Assembly: GCF_037042905.1 (NCBI RefSeq)
Contig: NC_087256.1
Location: forward strand, 26,908,001-26,972,000
Direction of reading: 5' to 3'
Origin: Lytechinus pictus
Taxonomy: Eukaryota
Length of the DNA stretch: 64,000 nucleotides
Below the pieces are notes generated by a model. That model made no database searches. It saw nothing but the letters and a program-made list of their open reading frames with translations, and was not told the DNA's origin. The translations under genes and the position numbers were made by a program. The stretch's first letter is position 1. Each line of letters begins with the position of its first letter. This document shows positions 61,665-64,000 of this stretch, piece by piece.

Positions 61665-62849
61665 ATGGTGTACAACCTTTCTCCTGAATACGATTACACC
61701 CATAGTGCGGAATATTATATTGCTGATCCGATAATGGAAAAGACAACCTTCCTATATTTCCTAAATGTATCAATTGCCGTCACGCAAACCATATACCCTA
61801 CCACAGAAGCACAGGATATCACCAGCACTTCAGATTCAGGATTCGATTTCACGATGATTCCAAGTGCTTCATCAGAAAGAAGTGTCGTTCCCTTCCGCCA
61901 TCGCGTAATTGTTGCATCCGTCTTGTTCGTAATCGCATTGGTCGGTCTTTTGGGCAACACTCTCGTCATCATTTCGGTTGTCGTTAGCAAAACACTTCGG
62001 ACAATTACAAATGTTCTGGTGGTCAATCTCGCTTTCGCCGATATTTTGGCGTGTTCCATGATACCTTTTCAAAGTGTTGGTCTCCTGAGCCAAACAAGAA
62101 CATACCCTTTGAACGAGGTGGCTTGCGCAACCGTTGCCGCAGTACATTACATCAGCGTCTGCTGCAGTGTATACACTCTTGTAGCAATAGCATTTATAAG
62201 GTGGTATGTCATCACCAAGTCTATCCGAGGACATCAAGGTCTTCATACTCCCAAGAGAATCATCGTCGTAGCTGTGATAATCTGGATGTTCTCAGTATCA
62301 GCCATGGTCCTACCTCCAGTGTTTGGTCAAGGGACACTCGGCTACTCCGAATATTACAGCATATGTTCTTTAAAAGATGGGCAAACATCCAAAACTTCTT
62401 ACGTCATACTTCAAGGAACCTTGATAGCAGTTGCTCTACTGCTCACTCTTACACTTTACACCTTGCTTCTGAGTCACGTTCGTCGACACAATGACCAATT
62501 TCGAAACAAGTACGCAACTGATGAAGAGACCAAGTCAACGTCAGCAAGTACACACGGAGATCAAGCTTCTTCATCCGATTCTGGAGGTTCTCATCCACCC
62601 ATGATCAAGGCAATCAACCAAAAGGAAATCGAGATCACTAAGAATCTGTTCATGGTCGTTTGTGTTTTCATGCTTTGTTTCCTAGCTACTGCTGTTAATT
62701 TCGTTATCCCTGGTACTAGAATTATTACTCTCTATACCACGATGATACTGTTAGGGAACAGTGCGGCCAATCCGATCATCTATGGTCTCAAGCATCCGAA
62801 CTATCAGGTGGTCTTCAAGAAAATCCTATGCTGTCGATCTGTAGGATAG
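61665..62849 (+). CDS. Intronless class A GPCR, array copy 5 (394 aa; ATG homologous to the other copies at 61734)
   Basis: Same 7TM motifs; most diverged plus-strand copy. Confidence 0.94.
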   Translation: MVYNLSPEYDYTHSAEYYIADPIMEKTTFLYFLNVSIAVTQTIYPTTEAQDITSTSDSGFDFTMIPSASSERSVVPFRHRVIVASVLFVIALVGLLGNTLVIISVVVSKTLRTITNVLVVNLAFADILACSMIPFQSVGLLSQTRTYPLNEVACATVAAVHYISVCCSVYTLVAIAFIRWYVITKSIRGHQGLHTPKRIIVVAVIIWMFSVSAMVLPPVFGQGTLGYSEYYSICSLKDGQTSKTSYVILQGTLIAVALLLTLTLYTLLLSHVRRHNDQFRNKYATDEETKSTSASTHGDQASSSDSGGSHPPMIKAINQKEIEITKNLFMVVCVFMLCFLATAVNFVIPGTRIITLYTTMILLGNSAANPIIYGLKHPNYQVVFKKILCCRSVG

Positions 62850-64000
62850 GTTTGTCATAGCAATTAACTCATGGAAGGCTTTCTGCGAGTACTTGATTGA
62901 GTTCTACAGAAGTTCTACACAAGTATAAATCGTATGAAACATTTTATCGCAGAGACTAGAGAATTATTTCGCACATTATGATTTTTTTTTTCTTAATGTC
63001 TGTTTTCTAAGTATGTATATCGTATAAAGAACAAATTTCTGGGAAATTACTCAAAGTATGTTGCATAATAAGAATATTTTTTTGTTAAGTCGTCACTGTA
63101 ATTTATGTTCTATCAGATTCTACAAAAAATAATATTTCTTCACGTGCAAATGCTAAATTTATTTGTCCGGGTGTATGGCTTGCGCCAAAATGATTAAGAA
63201 AAATCTATAGCTATATCTTTGCTATAACGGTGAACGTAACATTACGTCTGAATCGTAAAAGCTTATACAAAAGCTGTAGCCTCCGCCTTGAAAATATGCT
63301 GGAAAGAAGAACACTCAAATTAAAGTTGCAGTCTTAATTAACCTTTCCCAATCAACGCTCTTGCATTAATTTTTTATTATGTTTGATTACCTAACGATTC
63401 GGGGGCAGTATTTAATGTCAATATCCATCAAATGCAACCATGGGTAGTTTCATGTGTTCGAGTTATTACAAATTTGCCCGTCACAAAAATTACTTCTTTT
63501 TGTTCTGATAAAGTGAAATGACATATTCTTTCACAAAACAACCTTCAATCGTGAACGTTTCGAGCCTTTCAACCGAGCGTAAAGTCTTATGCCATGTTAT
63601 ATTACTTTACGGAGTTTAGACACACTTCTCAATAATTTCGAACCGGAACCAAAAGAAAAGAGTCCGTTGCCTGTTTTAGTTGATATACTAAAATTAGTTG
63701 AGTTAGTATTCTATTAAAAAAGGAGTGAACAAAGTCACCAATCCCCCCATGTAGTCATTTTTGTAATCATTAATATTATGCAAAAATTGCCAATCTCCAC
63801 TCCTCCATGTCGATTTTTATAAAGGTATCATATTCGTGATATTCACTCATTGTATTTTCTGCATTTCACTTAACCTGTGCATTTTATATTTTAATTAGTA
63901 ACATTTATTGAGTTATTCAATACGTTATTTATATTTATGTGGCTACAAATGTATCAACATGAAAGATCCATCTGTGGCTGTTACTTATTTGTGCGATTTT

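Noticed and set aside
62850-64000. Further gene or element at the window end
   Set aside because: No ORF, TIR pair or recognisable repeat seen.

Overview
Eukaryotic, AT-rich, repeat-dense animal DNA. The repeat families and receptor type suggest an echinoderm (sea-urchin-like), which is inference. The only convincing host genes are six intronless rhodopsin-class (class A) 7TM receptors of one family: a divergent partial copy on the minus strand (1-651) and five tandem plus-strand copies (ATG at 18005, 40233, 46786, 53341 and 61665/61734). The tandem copies arose by ~6.5-7 kb duplications; copies 2 and 3 are essentially identical and several copies are mosaics. The rest is nested transposon material, and paralogous empty sites allow many insertions to be mapped to the base. 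It includes two CR1/L2-group LINEs, an older L2-like LINE, a Tx1/L1-type ORF1, tRNA-derived SINEs and many MITEs. Four structures stand out. (i) A 3.7-kb palindromic foldback element with a 6-bp TSD splits the Tx1 ORF1 and is itself split by an 8.4-kb CCCAG..CTGGG element. (ii) A 2.96-kb composite element (two direct 470-bp MITEs plus a duplicated 1-kb cargo with two in-frame exon-like segments) is inserted with a 4-bp TSD upstream of receptor copy 2. (iii) A de novo 230-bp hairpin lies at the same upstream site in copies 3 and 4. (iv) A second foldback element is built from YY1-like repeats. No rRNA, true tRNA or CRISPR was seen. All comparisons were made by eye.
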